Source of the DNA: a virus
Length of the DNA: 64,000 nt
Strand: one strand, 5' to 3'
Virus record (IMG/VR): IMGVR_UViG_3300025133_008097
Location: 32,001 to 96,000 of that record
Made by a program: the position numbers and the translations under genes. Below the pieces are notes generated by a model, which saw only the letters and a program-made list of their open reading frames with translations, did no database searches and was not told the DNA's origin. Below, in pieces: positions 63,431-64,000 of the stretch (position 1 is its first letter; each line of letters starts with the position of its first letter).

Positions 63431-64000
63431 ATGTCTTCGTTGTTAGAAGAAGCTATTGTTGACGCTAAAGCGCTTAAGGAAGCGGCATTAAAAAATGCCG
63501 AAACTGCTGTATTGGAAAAGTATTCAAGCGATGTAAAGCGCGCCCTAAACACTTTGTTAGAGCAGGAGGAAGACCCAACGGATATGGGCGACCTCGGTGG
63601 CGACTTGGACATGGGCCTTGGAGGCGGCGATGTTGCGCCCCCCACTGAACCGGGTGATGCATCCTTTTTAGAGGAAACTCCCTACGCATTTCAAACTGAG
63701 GAGCTTGATGCTCCTGCAGCGGATGAAATTGTAGAAATCGATTTTGATGAATTGAAGACCCGTCTCGAAGAAGAAGAGGCCGAAGGAGAAATGGGATCCC
63801 CGGATGACATACTCGGGTCCGAAGACGTTGCAATGGAACTTCAGGAAGATGGGTATATTACGCCCCGCGAACTCGAAGATGACAGCGATGAAGATGTGGC
63901 GTCAGAGTTAGCCGAAGACGAAGATATTGAACTTTCGGAAGAGATGATTGATTCTTTGGTCAGCGAACTTCTTAATGTTGATATGAATCCAGAACTTCAG
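63431..64000 (+). CDS. probable prohead scaffolding/core protein, 5' part (runs off window; absent from ORF track)
   Basis: GGAG RBS; open to window end: MSSLLEEAIVDAKALKEAALKNAETAVLEKY... then very acidic with many L/I-x-E sites; position typical of the gene before the major capsid protein. Confidence 0.7.
   Translation, partial: MSSLLEEAIVDAKALKEAALKNAETAVLEKYSSDVKRALNTLLEQEEDPTDMGDLGGDLDMGLGGGDVAPPTEPGDASFLEETPYAFQTEELDAPAADEIVEIDFDELKTRLEEEEAEGEMGSPDDILGSEDVAMELQEDGYITPRELEDDSDEDVASELAEDEDIELSEEMIDSLVSELLNVDMNPELQ

Noticed and set aside
1-64000. Stop-codon reassignment, seen in some large phages
   Set aside because: Conserved genes are full length in code 11, and TAA, TAG and TGA all end well-defined genes (e.g. 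TAG at 11038 and 22700, TGA at 40843).
1-64000. Many short minus-strand and alternate-frame ORFs in the track
   Set aside because: They lie within long plus-strand genes, lack RBSs and recognisable motifs; treated as shadow ORFs, except 40844-41545.
1-64000. tRNA, rRNA, CRISPR array, integrase or transposase
   Set aside because: No cloverleaf, regularly spaced repeat-spacer array or recombinase motif seen; intergenic gaps are mostly too short.

Overview
The window is a gene-dense, almost entirely plus-strand segment of a large tailed dsDNA phage with T4-like head genes and a contractile-tail baseplate, probably a jumbo phage. It uses the standard genetic code (TAA, TAG and TGA all act as stops). 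Layout: 1-34 kb is an expanded baseplate/fibre-attachment module (putative spike, gp25, gp6/J, a 3883-aa gp7/I-like protein with LamG lectin domains, several large unknown proteins). 34-41 kb holds RuvC-like resolvase, primase and a single-chain SbcD-SbcC (Mre11-Rad50) fusion, interrupted by five small genes with shared N-terminal leaders. 41-45 kb has a lone minus-strand J-domain gene, a small membrane-protein cassette and a fibre gene. 46-55 kb is the head module (TerL, portal, prohead protease) with a phage-encoded ribosomal protein bS21. 55-64 kb has a neck protein fused to fibre repeats, three paralogous fibre genes and the start of a probable scaffolding gene. Signals not explained by standard annotation: a conserved N-terminal leader (MKI[ST]KxRL[KR][EQ]IIxEEL) on at least six small proteins, a candidate capsid-targeting/protease-cleaved cargo system; a recurrent CTA[AT]TTA late-promoter-like motif, once palindromic and bidirectional; an unannotated 16-aa Cys-Cys peptide with a perfect RBS; a shared TGKK..RGGY-stop tail; and a tail-fibre N-terminal domain apparently split across separate genes. 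All family calls come from motif recognition by eye; no database searches were run.
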